Below are positions 12,882 through 23,994 of a stretch of 64,000 bases of DNA, piece by piece; positions within the stretch are counted from its first letter, which is position 1; every line of letters starts with the position of its first letter. Source of the DNA: Octopus sinensis (lineage: Eukaryota); assembly GCF_006345805.1 (NCBI RefSeq), contig NC_043017.1, positions 20,708,001 through 20,772,000 of the forward strand, written 5' to 3'. The notes below the pieces were generated by a model. That model was not told where the DNA came from. It searched no databases and was given only the letters and a program-made list of their open reading frames with translations. Made by a program: the position numbers and the translations under genes.

Positions 12882-12992
12882 TAGATATACTTACGTACAC
12901 AAATACCTGAGACACAAATGCTTTGACACAAAACCGTCTGACCCATGCAAGCATGGAAAACGAACATTAAATGATGATGAATGATGATGATG

Positions 12993-13000
12993 ATAGAGAC

Positions 13001-13033
<33 letters not shown>

Positions 13034-13094
13034 AGAGAGAGAGAGAAAGATAAATAGATAGATAGATAAATAGATAGGAAGATAAATAGATGGC

Positions 13095-13130
<36 letters not shown>

Positions 13131-13137
13131 TAGATAG
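12993..13137. repeat. (GATA)/(GA)/(GACA)n microsatellite
   Basis: Direct reading. Confidence 0.9.
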
Positions 13138-13457
13138 TTAAATAGGTGGTGAGCTGGCAGAAACGTTACCACGCTGACACAAAATAATGCACGAAACTAT
13201 TACAGGTAACTCGTCACACATTAATCATATCAACCATTCACAAGAGATACACACTGCTACATCATATCTTTATTTCATAATAACAACATCCATAGCATCA
13301 ATGATCGGGTTTTGTAGAAGTATGTCTAAAGATTATAATATTCAGTCTAAAATACTGTTATTAGAAAATAATTATATATTGAAAGTGTTTATAATGACAT
13401 TATCTGTTCATCATATTGTTAAAACTATCGATTTGTCTTTGTTTGTTTGGCATTCAG

Positions 13458-13503
13458 GTGAGACTGAGAGAAAATACTGTGCTGGCTTGGGAATTTAATA
13501 CAG
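13458..13503 (+). CDS. Candidate 46-nt exon
   Basis: TTTGTTTGGCATTCAG acceptor and CAG|GTGGGT donor. Open as VRLRENTVLAWEFNT and phase-compatible with 21420. The start CAG|GTGAGA could instead be a donor. Confidence 0.2.
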
Positions 13504-13619
13504 GTGGGTTGTATATGTTAGGTAATAATCATTGTGTCACACGTTGGTACTAAAAAGAATTGACGGTAAATGGCGAGAGGTATAATAATAATAACAACAA
13601 CAATAATAATAATAATAAT

Positions 13620-13887
13620 CTAAAAACAAAAACGATTCCTATCATAGTAAGTGCATTAGCCATGATAAAAAAATATTCAGACAAATACATAACAAAAACA
13701 CCAGGACTTACAAACACATATAACATACAGAAAATTGCACTACTAGGCACTGCACACATCCTACGCAGAACACTTTCAATACAGTAACCATCAGAGCATC
13801 ACAACAAATCACAGCACATACCCAAGGCACACAGAGCTGCGCCCCGGTAGTGAAGTGAAAGCACGTTATAAAAATAAAACTACTGAA
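13620..13887 (+). mobile_element. Dong/R4 family A 3' fragment
   Basis: LKTKTIPIIVSAL...RRTLSIQ plus the family 3' UTR, between TAA/CAA runs. Confidence 0.9.
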
Positions 13888-13945
13888 TGATAATAATAAT
13901 AATAATTATAGGATTGAAGTAACTCCTCCAGAAGATATAGAAGCC

Positions 13946-14120
13946 AAAAGAAAAGAGTGCCCTTGTCATCAAGTGAACGATATTTCAACATCTTGTGTGT
14001 CTTTCACAAGTTGAAAAAATAAACATATCAATCTACTTCATACCAGTTTATGTTTTGTACCTGTGGAAGACACGAGATGTTGAGAAATCGTTCACTTGAT
14101 GACAATGGCACTTTTCTTTT
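13946..14120. mobile_element. Small fold-back / MITE-like element
   Basis: TTGTCATCAAGTGAACGAT...CAACATCT is inverted as AGATGTTG...ATCGTTCACTTGATGACAA. Arms are ~60 bp. Confidence 0.65.
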
Positions 14121-14238
14121 TGTTTTTTGCTAATAATAATAATAATTAATTCTTTTTATTGGCCACAAGGGCTGACACACATGATTAGTAAACATAAAGG
14201 GACAAAACAGGACGAAAGGTTACAAAATAATAATAATG

Positions 14239-14281
<43 letters not shown>

Positions 14282-14290
14282 TAATAATAG

Positions 14291-14660
14291 CAAGAGTACT
14301 CAGAAAGTGCAGACCTCCACCAAGGCAACTCCAATGTCCTCTAAACGATTAGCCAAAGATGATTTTTAAAATGAGAATGTCTGAAATGAACTCAACTGCT
14401 CTCACAAACAAGAATACTAAAAATGAACCTGACTGCTCTCAAAAATTAAGTGAAAAAACAGGAAAAATAATCCAGAATCCTTGTCCAGTACCTGATCGAT
14501 CCCAAAAGCTAATCAGTTCGTGCCAGTCATGAAGCCAAACATTTCTGAAAGTTTCATCCAAATCCATCCAGTGGTTCTTGAGATATCTTGTCCATGGACA
14601 AACAAACAAACAAACGTGACCATAAAGAATACCTCTGCCTTCGCTAAGGCGGTGGGGTAA
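14291..14660 (+). mobile_element. Helentron-associated (HINE/DINE-1-like) non-autonomous element
   Basis: Left subterminal GACCTCCACCAAGG, internal (CAAA)n, and a right stem-loop ACCTCTGCC-TTCGCTAA-GGCGGTGGGGT. This layout matches HINEs. Confidence 0.55.
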
Positions 14661-15080
14661 TAATAATAATAATAGAACAGGTGCAGGTGTGGTTGTGTGG
14701 TTAAGAAGTTTGCTTCTCAACCACATAGTTCTGGGTTCAGCCACACTTTGTGGCACATTCCGCAAGCGACTTCTACTACAACCCTGAGCCAACCAAAGCC
14801 TTGTGAGTGGATCTGGTAGATGGAAACTGAAGAAAGCTCATCGCATATATATATGTGTGACAAGGCCTAATAAAGGAATCTAATAAAAAGAAACTGGAAG
14901 AAGCCTGTTGTGTGTGTGTGTGTGTGTGTGTGTGCACGTGCACGCGCGCATATAGTAATTATAATAATAATAATTCATGCATGGAATTTATAGATATTTA
15001 TAAATTCCATGCATGGATTCATCATCATCATCATCATTTAACATCCATTGTCCATTCTGGCATGGGTTAGATGGTTTGAC

Positions 15081-15284
15081 CGGGCAAAATGCTTAGCTGT
15101 ATTTCGTCTGCCGCTACGTTCTGAGTTCAAATTCCGCCGATGTCGACTTTGCCTTTCATCCTTTCGGGGTCGATTAAATAAGTACCAGTTACGCACTGGG
15201 GTCGATATAATCGACTTAATCCGTTTATCTGTCCTTGTTTGTCCTCTCTGTGTTTAGCCCCTTGTGGGTAGTAAAGAAATAGGT
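15081..15284 (+). mobile_element. SINE family S1
   Basis: S1 core and the AAAGAAATAGGT end. Confidence 0.85.
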
Positions 15285-15556
15285 TTGACCAGGGCTGGCA
15301 AGCTAGAAGGCTGGATGCCCTTCCTAACACCAAGCACTCCGAGAGTATAATGGGTGCTTTTATGTGCCACCAGCATGGGTGCCATTTGTACGACACCGGT
15401 ATCTGCCATGACTGTGATTTTCCTCGGCTTCATGGGTTTTCTTCTCAAGCAAGACATAATGCCAAAGGTCTCGACCACTGCCTCAGTGAAGCCCAAAACT
15501 TGAAAGGGATTCAGCCCCTTTGCCTCCATGAGGCCCAATATTTATTCTTTGTTATA

Positions 15557-15965
15557 TATTTCTTTATTACCCACAAGGGGCTAAACATAGAGGGGACAAA
15601 CAAGGATAGACAAAGGGACTAAGTCAATTACATCGACCCCAGTGCATAACTGGTAGTTATTTAATCGATCCCGGAAGGATGAAAGGCAAAGTCGACCTTG
15701 GCGGAATTTGAACTCAGAACGTAACGGCAGACGAAATACCTATTTCTTTACTACCCACAAGGGGTTAAACATAGAGGGGACAAACAAGGACAGACAAAGG
15801 GACTAAGTCAATTACATCGACCCCAGTGCATAACAGGTACTGAATTTATCGACCCCGAAAGGATGAAAGGCAAAGTTGACCTCGGTGGAATTTGAACTCA
15901 GAACGTAATGACAGACATAATACCGCTAAGCATTTCGCCCGGCACGCTAACGTTTCTGCCAGCTC
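15557..15965 (-). mobile_element. SINE family S1, dimer
   Basis: Two reverse-complement S1 units joined near 15740. Confidence 0.85.
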
Positions 15966-16022
15966 CAGCACAACTCAGAGTGACCCCATAAAGCTGCTAT
16001 TGTTAGTTGGTATCATTTGGCT

Positions 16023-16626
16023 AAGGCGGTGAGCTGGCAGAAACGTTAGCACGCCAGGCGAAATGCTTAGCCGTATTTCGTCTGCCGTTATGTTCTGAGT
16101 TCAAATTCCGTAGAGGTCGACTTTGCCTTTCATCCTTTCGGGGTCGATTAAATAAGTACCAGTTACGCACTGGGGTCAATATAACCGACTTAATCCGTTT
16201 GTCTGTCCTTGTTTGTCTCCTCTGTGTTTAGCCCCTTGAGGGTAGTAAAGAAATAGATATTTTGTCTGCCGTTACGTTCTGAGTTCAAATTCCGCCGAGG
16301 TCGACTTTGTCTTTCATCCTTTCGGGGTCGATTAAATAAGTACCAGTTACGCACTGGGGTCAATATAACCGACTTAATCCGTTTGTCTGTCCTTGTTTGT
16401 CTCCTCTGTGTTTAGCCCCTTGAGGGTAGTAAAGAAATAGATATTTCGTCTGCCGTTACGTTCTGAGTTCAAATTCCGCCGAGGTCGACTTTGCCTTTCA
16501 TCCTTTCAGAGCTGATTAAATAAGTACCAGTTACGCACTGGGGTCGATATAACCGACTTAATCCGTTTGTCTGTCCGTGTTTGTCTCCTCTGTGTTTAGC
16601 CCCTTGTGGGTAGCAAAGAAATAGGT
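16023..16626 (+). mobile_element. SINE family S1, head-to-tail trimer (one full unit + two head-truncated units)
   Basis: The unit ...GTTCTGAGTTCAAATTCCG...GTCGACTTTGCCTTTCATCCTTTCGGGGTCGATTAAATAAGTACC...AAAGAAATAG occurs three times. Box-B-like GAGTTCAAATTCC. Confidence 0.85.
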
Positions 16627-17371
16627 ATCATTAGGCTGTGGCTGGCATAATAAAACAGGTGCCTTTAGATGCGTATTCAAAAACATTTCCTGTAAACAAA
16701 CTTAGAGAATATATGTATATGTGTGTGTGTGTTAACAAGGAGGACGCATTTGATATGCTATACCAGGAACATGAAAGATGAGGGAAGATTAAAGTTTGAA
16801 TGTCTCTGATCATGTTGTTGCTTGGCCAAGGCTGACCTTGAGATAAATGACAGCAATTTGGAAGGGGGGTTATTTATTTATTTTTTTATTTTTTTTTTTT
16901 TGCCAGTGGAAAGAATAATTAATTAGTGAAAATGATATATCACCATTTAATTTAATTATTTAATTGAAATAATTGTGTGGTGGTTATGTTGGCCGTGGCA
17001 GCAGTGGAGTATGTTGTGTGTATGTGCAGTGCATGGCCAAGGGTGGAGTGGCAATGAGTTTAATGTTTAAATAAGGAATTCAGATATCATTGCCACCACC
17101 ACCACCACCACTACCACCACCAACAACAACAACAATGATAATACTTCTAAGTGGAGCCAACGTGGGCTGTTTGACCTGCAAGAAATTGCAGTTAAATCGT
17201 TCTTAAATCTCATTAAACTATTTAAAAGAAAGAAGGTGCACGTTGGATAATGTACTGTTGGGCACACTATTCCTGATCAATAACAGATGGGATGGTTATG
17301 GAGTGAATCCACCTGATTACAGATCAACAGGTTCAAGACTATCTCAGGGCTAAACAAAAACAACAACAACG

Positions 17372-17430
<59 letters not shown>

Positions 17431-17433
<3 letters not shown>

Positions 17434-17849
17434 CTTTTACTCTTTTACTTTTTTCAGTCATTTGACTGCGGCCATGCTGGAGCACCACCTTTAGTCGAGC
17501 AAATTGACCCCGGGACTTATTCTTTGTAAGCCCAGTACTTATTCTATCAGTCTCTTTTGCCGAACCGCTAAGTGACGGGGATGTAAACACACCAGCATCG
17601 GTTGTCAAGCAATGCTAGGGGGACAAACACAGACACACAAACATATACACACACACTTATATATATATATATATATACATATATACGACAGGCTTCTTTC
17701 AGTTTCCGTCTACCAAATCCACTCACAAGGCATTGGTAGGCCCGGGAATATAGCAGAAGACACTTGCCCAAGATGCCACGCAGTGGGACTGAACCTGGAA
17801 CCATGTGGTTGGTTAGCAAGCTACTTACCACACAGCCACTCCTGCGCCT
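17431..17849 (-). mobile_element. SINE family S2 (tRNA-like head, internal TA/TG microsatellite, AAAAGAGT tail)
   Basis: Reverse complement of AGGCGCAGGAGTGGCTGTGTGGTAAG...GGTTCAGTCCCAC...AAGTAAAAGAGTAAAAGAGT. Confidence 0.85.
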
Positions 17850-17879
17850 ATAGTAATAATAATAATAATAATAATAATA

Positions 17880-18061
17880 TGGGCCCCACCTGCAAGGTCA
17901 TGTGCTGTTTATCTTGATATGAGATTACCATGTCGCGCACATATGGTTGTGATGCATGTGCCTGGTGTACCTTTATCAGACGGGTAGTCATGATGGGTAT
18001 ATTGGGCTTCGTATATTTTACCCCAGTGTCACCTTGATGGCATGAACTGCTCTCTCACTCA
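17880..18061 (+). mobile_element. Family C TAA-embedded repeat, 5'-truncated copy
   Basis: Matches the reverse complement of 36803-36985 and has TAA runs on both sides. Confidence 0.75.
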
Positions 18062-18084
18062 ATAATAATAATAATAATAATAAT

Positions 18085-18185
18085 AACCATCAGAGCATCA
18101 CAACAAATCACAGCACATACCCAAGGCACACAGAGCTGCGCTCGGTAGTGAAGTGAAAGCACGCTATAAAAATAAAACTACTGAA
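18085..18185 (+). mobile_element. Dong/R4 family A 3' UTR-only fragment
   Basis: AACCATCAGAGCATCACAAC...AAAACTACTGAA between (TAA)n runs. Confidence 0.88.
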
Positions 18186-18588
18186 TAATAATAATAATAA
18201 TAATAATAATGGAATCAAACAAAAAACAAAAAAACCTAAACAAAACAAATTGGAATGCATTATTTGCCAATAAGTCTTGTCTCATTAATCATTCTTCATT
18301 GGTTCCAGAAGCATTAAAATTCCAAAAAGCAAAACTTTGATAATTTGAATTCAGAAACAAAAATTACAGGAACCTTAAAAAGGCAATTATTTCATTTGTA
18401 CAAACTCACACATTTTTCAAAGTGATGGTTTCGGTGGGTTGGTGGTAGATACTATTATATTGACCTTTTGCCAATCGATACCAGACTGGTGATAATTTTT
18501 TTGACTGTATCCTAGGAAAGCAATAAGTAAGATTGACCTCAGCAAGGTTTGAACTGAGACTGTAGAAAAAAAAAAAAAAAAAAATCAA

Positions 18589-19004
18589 CAGGAGTGGCTG
18601 TGTGGTAAGTAGCTTGTTTACCAACCACATGGTTCCGGGTTCAGTCCCACTGCGTGGCACCTTGGGCAGGTGTCTTCTACTAAAGCCTCGGGCCGACCAA
18701 AGCCTTGTGAATGGATTTAGTAGACGGAAACTGAAAGAAGCCCGTCGTATATATGTATGTATATATATATATATATGTGTATGTGTGTGTGTGTTTGTGT
18801 GTCTGTGTTTGTCCTCCTAGCATTGCTTGACAACCGATGCTGGTGTGTTTATGTCCCCGTCACTTAGCGGTTCGGCAAAAGAGACCGATAGAATAAGTAC
18901 TGGTCTTACAAAGAATAAGTCCCGGGGTCGAGTTGCTCTACTAAAGGCGGTGCTCCAGTATGGCCACAGTCAAATGACTGAAACAAGTAAAAGAGTAAAA
19001 GAGT
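18589..19004 (+). mobile_element. SINE family S2
   Basis: Full S2 consensus. Confidence 0.85.
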
Positions 19005-20269
19005 AAGATAAGTTACTGCCAGGCATTATATTTGCTGGTGAAGGCAGTGAGCTGGCAGAATCGTTAGCACACAGGGCGAAATCCTTAGCAGTATTTCATC
19101 TGTTGCTACCTTCTGAGTTCAAATTCTGCCAAGGTCGACTTCGCCTTTCATCCTTTCGGGGTTGATGAAATAAGTACTAGTTATGCACTGGGGTTGATGT
19201 ACTTAACTAGCCCCTTTCCCCCAAAATTTTCAAGGCCTTGTGTCTCGAGTAGAAATAATTATATTTGCTGGTGGAGGCATGTGGCTTAGTGGTTAGGGTG
19301 CTGGACTCCTGATTGTAAGATTGTAGTTTCGATCCTTGAACTTGGTGGTGCAAAATACTCAATTTCACTTATTAAAGGCTATCTTCATCATCATCATCAT
19401 CGTTTAACGTCTATTTTCCATGCTGGCATGGGTTGGACAGTTCGGCTGAGGTCTGGAAACCCAGAGGCTGCACCAGGAATTTGTACGCAGAACATAAAGT
19501 CAGATGAAATGTTGCTAAGCATTTTGCTTGGCATGCAAACCATTCTGACAGCTTACTGTCTTACTTTCTGCTCCCTTAATAAAAATAAGGATCATTCTAA
19601 TTAAGGCACAAGGTTATAAATTTTGAGAGGGTAGAGAAGTCAATACCCCCCCCCCCCAGTGCCGAAGTAGTACTTATTTTATTGATGCCGAAAGGATGAA
19701 AGGCAAAGCTGACCTTGACAGAATTCGAATACGGATTATAAAGAGTGAGAAGAAAGGATGAAAGGCAAAATTAATTTTCTGGAAGAATAGTTAGGACACC
19801 AGGAAAGTGCTTTCTGATACCTGTTCCAGATCTTTACGGTTTGTAATCAATACCAACGAGATTAACTTTATCTTTCATCATTTTGGGGATCATAAAATAA
19901 AGTATTGCTTAAGTGCTGGGGTCGATGTAATTGACTAACATCACTTCCCTAAAATTGCTGCCCTGAGCCTAAATTTGAAACCATTCTTATCATTATTAGG
20001 GGAGTGAGCTGGCAGAATCATTAGATCAACAGAAAAGTGCTAAGTGGCATTTCTTTTGGCGTTTTCTTCTGGTTCCAATGCCACAGAGGATAATTTTGAC
20101 TTTCATTCTTTCAGTGGAAGGATCCAGAAAATAAATACTTGTCAAGTACTGGAGATGATTTCTTTTCATGCTCAGAGTCCACTGGCTCGGAAATGAAATT
20201 TGCTTAGGGGGTGCAAACCCAGGTCCAAAAGAATTTACAAACAAGGTCCAAAAGTATTTACAAACAAAT

Positions 20270-20644
20270 AGGTGCAGGAGTGGCTGTGTGGTAAGTAGCT
20301 TGCTAGCCAACCACATGGTTCCGGGTTCAGTCCCACTGCGTGGCAACTTGGGCAAGTGTCTTCTGCTATAGCCCCGGGCCGACCAATGCCTTGTGAGTGG
20401 ATTTGGTAGACGGAAACTGAAATAAGCCTGTCATATATATGTATATATATATGTATGTGTGTGTTTGTGTGTCTGTGTTTGTCCCCCTAGCATTGCTTGA
20501 AAACCGATGCTGGTGTGTTTACGTCCCTGTCACTTAGCGGTTTGGCAAAAGAGACCGATAGAATAAGTACTGGGCTTACAATGAATAAGTCCTGGGGTCG
20601 ATTTGCTCGACTAAAGGTGGTGCTCCAGCATATCCGCAGTCAAA
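20270..20644 (+). mobile_element. SINE family S2
   Basis: S2 consensus with a truncated tail. Confidence 0.8.
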
Positions 20645-20779
20645 CTGTTTTGCCAGCTGAGTGGACTGGAGCAACATGAAATGAAGGATCTTGCTCAAAG
20701 ACACAAAGCGTCGCCAGGAATTGAACTCATGACATGACAATCGTGAACTGAATGCCCTAACCACTAAGCCATGTGCCTT

Positions 20780-20823
<44 letters not shown>

Positions 20824-21419
20824 GTTTTGAAGTTGATATAATTAGATCAATTTATTTGATATCAATCACATGTAAAATAGACTTCTTTCATATCTTCCTT
20901 TCTTTATTACTATTATTGTTGTTGTTGTTGTTGTTGTTGTTGTCATTATTGTTGTTGATGTTTTGTGTAATCAGATATTTTGCTTGTGCAATTTCTGTGC
21001 TGAAAGGAAATAGGTGTTACGCTGGGAAGATTCATTACTCAATGGCTAGGAATAGGATTTCTCCGAAGAAATAAACAGCAGCTATTCCACTCTAAATACG
21101 TCTGGCTTTTGCCAGTCGTCGCTTATTGTCGAGGGTAAAAATGAACTGAAAAGTTTTGCCACAATTGATTTCCAATAAGTAATCAACTTAATTATTGAGA
21201 TGCTTTTTATCAAGAACCGAACAAGACCAAGAATATAAACAGCATGATTCCTTTGAATAGATGTTCTCTCAGACAAAAAAAATATAAAAATAAAAAAAAT
21301 ATAAAGAAAGAGCAGTCTTCCTGTGGTTATCAATAATGTAAAAATCATCTCAATTACATCATTATTCTAATCTTATTATTTCTTTCATATCTCCATCGTC
21401 CTCTTAATTCACTTTGCAG

Positions 21420-21457
21420 TGCTGGCATGGGCTGGCAGTGTTGCCACAGGCCACGTC
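21420..21457 (+). CDS. Candidate 38-nt internal exon of an unidentified host gene
   Basis: Long pyrimidine tract + TTTGCAG acceptor and a GTAAGT donor. Open as (V)LAWAGSVATGHV. No homology recognised. Confidence 0.3.
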
Positions 21458-21609
21458 GTAAGTTCTTGCTTGGAGTTACTGATCTAATAAAGTCTAAAAT
21501 CAGAGCAAAAACCCAAGACTTTCAGAATTTGTCAAAGAGTTGACTAAATATGGAATAAACTACCCGTGTCAGCAGTGAGCCTTATTATCTTTTTTAAATA
21601 GTATTAAAT

Positions 21610-22046
21610 GTCAACATCAATGGAATTCTCAACATCAATGGAATTTGTAGCTGTGATACCAGTGCTGGTAGCATGTAAGAGAACCATCCGAACGTGGACG
21701 TAGCCAGTGCTGCCCGACTGGCATCCGTGTTAGTGGCACAAAAAAGCACCATCCGATCGTGGCCGTTTGCCAGCCTCATCTGGTCCCGTGCCAGTGGCAT
21801 GTAAAAAGCACCATCCGATCGTGGCCGTTTGCCAGCCACGTCTGGCAGCTGTGCCGGTGGCACGTAAAAAGCACCCACTACACTCACAGAGTGGTTGGCG
21901 TTAGGAAGGGCATCCAGCTGTAGAAACACTGCCAGATCAGACTGGGCCTGGTGCAGCCTTCTGGCTTCCCAGACCCCAGTTGAACCGTCCAACCCATGCC
22001 AGCATGGAAAGCGGACGATAAACGATGATGATGATGATGATGATGA
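21610..22046 (+). mobile_element. Repeat family S3
   Basis: Three internal units plus a partial, and a (GAT)n tail. Confidence 0.8.
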
Positions 22047-22433
22047 TTACCAAGACTTTCAGAATTTGTCAAAGAGTTGACTAAATATAGAATAGACTAC
22101 ACATATCAGTTGCGAGCTGTAAGGATATTGTATCTTTTAAAAAAACTCCATGCTTCCTGAAATTCAACACAAATCCTGACCTGCATATCCACCCTTGGTG
22201 CCTCTTTATGGCTCTTTTGCTGTTCACTTTTCTGTCTTTTTTTTGTGTTTTATTTTGTATATTATGCATGTATTTTTGGCTCCCATTGCTGGCTTTCTTT
22301 ATGTAACATATTTCCTGCTTTCTGTCCTTCTTTTACCATTTTTCAGTGAGTTGTAGTGCACCTGAGTACTGTATACAATAAGCATTTTGCCCAGAGTGCA
22401 AACAATTCTGCCAGTCTTAACTTAATAATAATG

Positions 22434-22480
<47 letters not shown>

Positions 22481-22485
<5 letters not shown>

Positions 22486-22745
22486 CAGAAACAATTCCTA
22501 TGATAGTAGGTGCATTAGGTATGATAAAAAAATATTCAGACAAATACATAACAAAAACACCAGGACATACAAATATATACAACACACAGAAAATTGCACT
22601 ACTGGGCACTGCGCACATCCTATGCAGAACACTTTCCATGAAATAACCATCAGAGCATCACAATAAATCACAGCACATACCCAAGGCACACAGAGCTGTG
22701 CTCGGTAGTGAAGTGAAAGCACGCTATAAAAATAAAACTACAGAA
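22481..22745 (+). mobile_element. Dong/R4 family A 3' fragment
   Basis: KTETIPMIVGALG...CRTLSMK plus 3' UTR, between (TAA)n runs. Confidence 0.9.
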
Positions 22746-22757
22746 TAATAATAATAA

Positions 22758-23322
22758 TCACATCTCACTCCTCTGGAACTTCACAATTCAAACTGACAGA
22801 AAGATAGATGCGAATAGGCCAGACATTGTATTGAAAAACTTCAGACAAAAATCATGCATCCTCATTGATATGACTGTCCCAATCGATATAAATGTATCTG
22901 TCAAAACCTACCAAAAACTGAGCAAGTATAAAGATCTTGAAATAGAAATGAGCAAAATGTGGAACCTGAAGACAATAACAATACCTGTTGTCATAGGTGC
23001 CCTAGAAATAATAGCAAAAGGTGCTGACTGCTACCTAGCTCATATACCAGGAAACCCCAAAATGGCAGAAATTCAAACGATAGTGCTCATGGGAATTGCC
23101 CATATCCTATGCAAAATACTTTCTATGTAATTTCAAGTTTTAAAACAAACACATAATTTTCTTATGGTTTCTTAAACATTTTCTAGAACAACACTATTTA
23201 CAAAACCAAATATATGGCACCCTAGGCATAACAACATGAACTTCCAACCTGTTGTCTCTTGAGGCCTGTGGGTGAGACTTGGAGCCAACTTGTACAAATG
23301 TAAAGCAAAAGTCAAACATAAA
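22758..23322 (+). mobile_element. Dong/R4 family B 3' fragment (diverged REL domain, different 3' UTR)
   Basis: LLWNFTIQTDRKIDANRPDIVLKNFRQKSCILIDMTVP...KYKDLEIE...KILSM*. The UTR ends GCAAAAGTCAAACATA-AAATAATAA. Confidence 0.85.
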
Positions 23323-23522
23323 ATAATAATAATAATAATAATATAATAATAATAATAATAATAATAATACTGGTGCAAGTGTGAAGGCTTGGAACTGCAA
23401 TAATTTTTCACAGAGTACTTGAAGCATGACTACTAAACAAGTGACTCCTTAGTCTGCTAGTTGGGGACAGCTGACACTTATCATCATACCCAGTAAAATA
23501 AGTTGTGAGTTTTCATCAAATG

Positions 23523-23572
<50 letters not shown>

Positions 23573-23574
<2 letters not shown>

Positions 23575-23914
23575 AACGTGTCTCTTAAAGAAATGGAGAA
23601 ACTTTCAAAATACAAAGACCTGGAAATAGAGGTAACCAGAATGTGGAATCTAAAAACAGAAACAATTCCTATCATAGTGGGTGCATTAGCCATGATAAAA
23701 AAATATTCAGACAAATACATAACAAAAACACCAGGACTTAAAAACACATATAACATACAGAAAATTGCACTACTGGGCACTGCACACATCCTACGCAGAA
23801 CACTTTCCATACAATAACCATCAGAGCATCACAACAAATCACAGCACATACCCAAGCACACAGAGTTGCGCTCGGTAGTGAAAAGAAAGCACGCTAAAAA
23901 ATAAAAGTACTGTA
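23573..23914 (+). mobile_element. Dong/R4 family A 3' fragment
   Basis: NVSLKEMEKLSKYKDLEIEV...RRTLSIQ plus 3' UTR, between (TAA)n runs. Confidence 0.9.
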
Positions 23915-23947
23915 TAATAATAATAATATAATAATAATAATAATAAT

Positions 23948-23992
<45 letters not shown>

Positions 23993-23994
<2 letters not shown>

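Noticed and set aside
12882-12967. N-terminal extension of the 341-aa ORF (MFVFHACMGQ...)
   Set aside because: It lies beyond the Tx1 truncation point and reads through an unrelated SINE tail, so it is not a real start.
15557-16626. Regularly repeated units resembling a CRISPR or satellite array
   Set aside because: The units are ~180-240 bp SINE bodies with no unique spacers, in a eukaryotic context with no cas genes.
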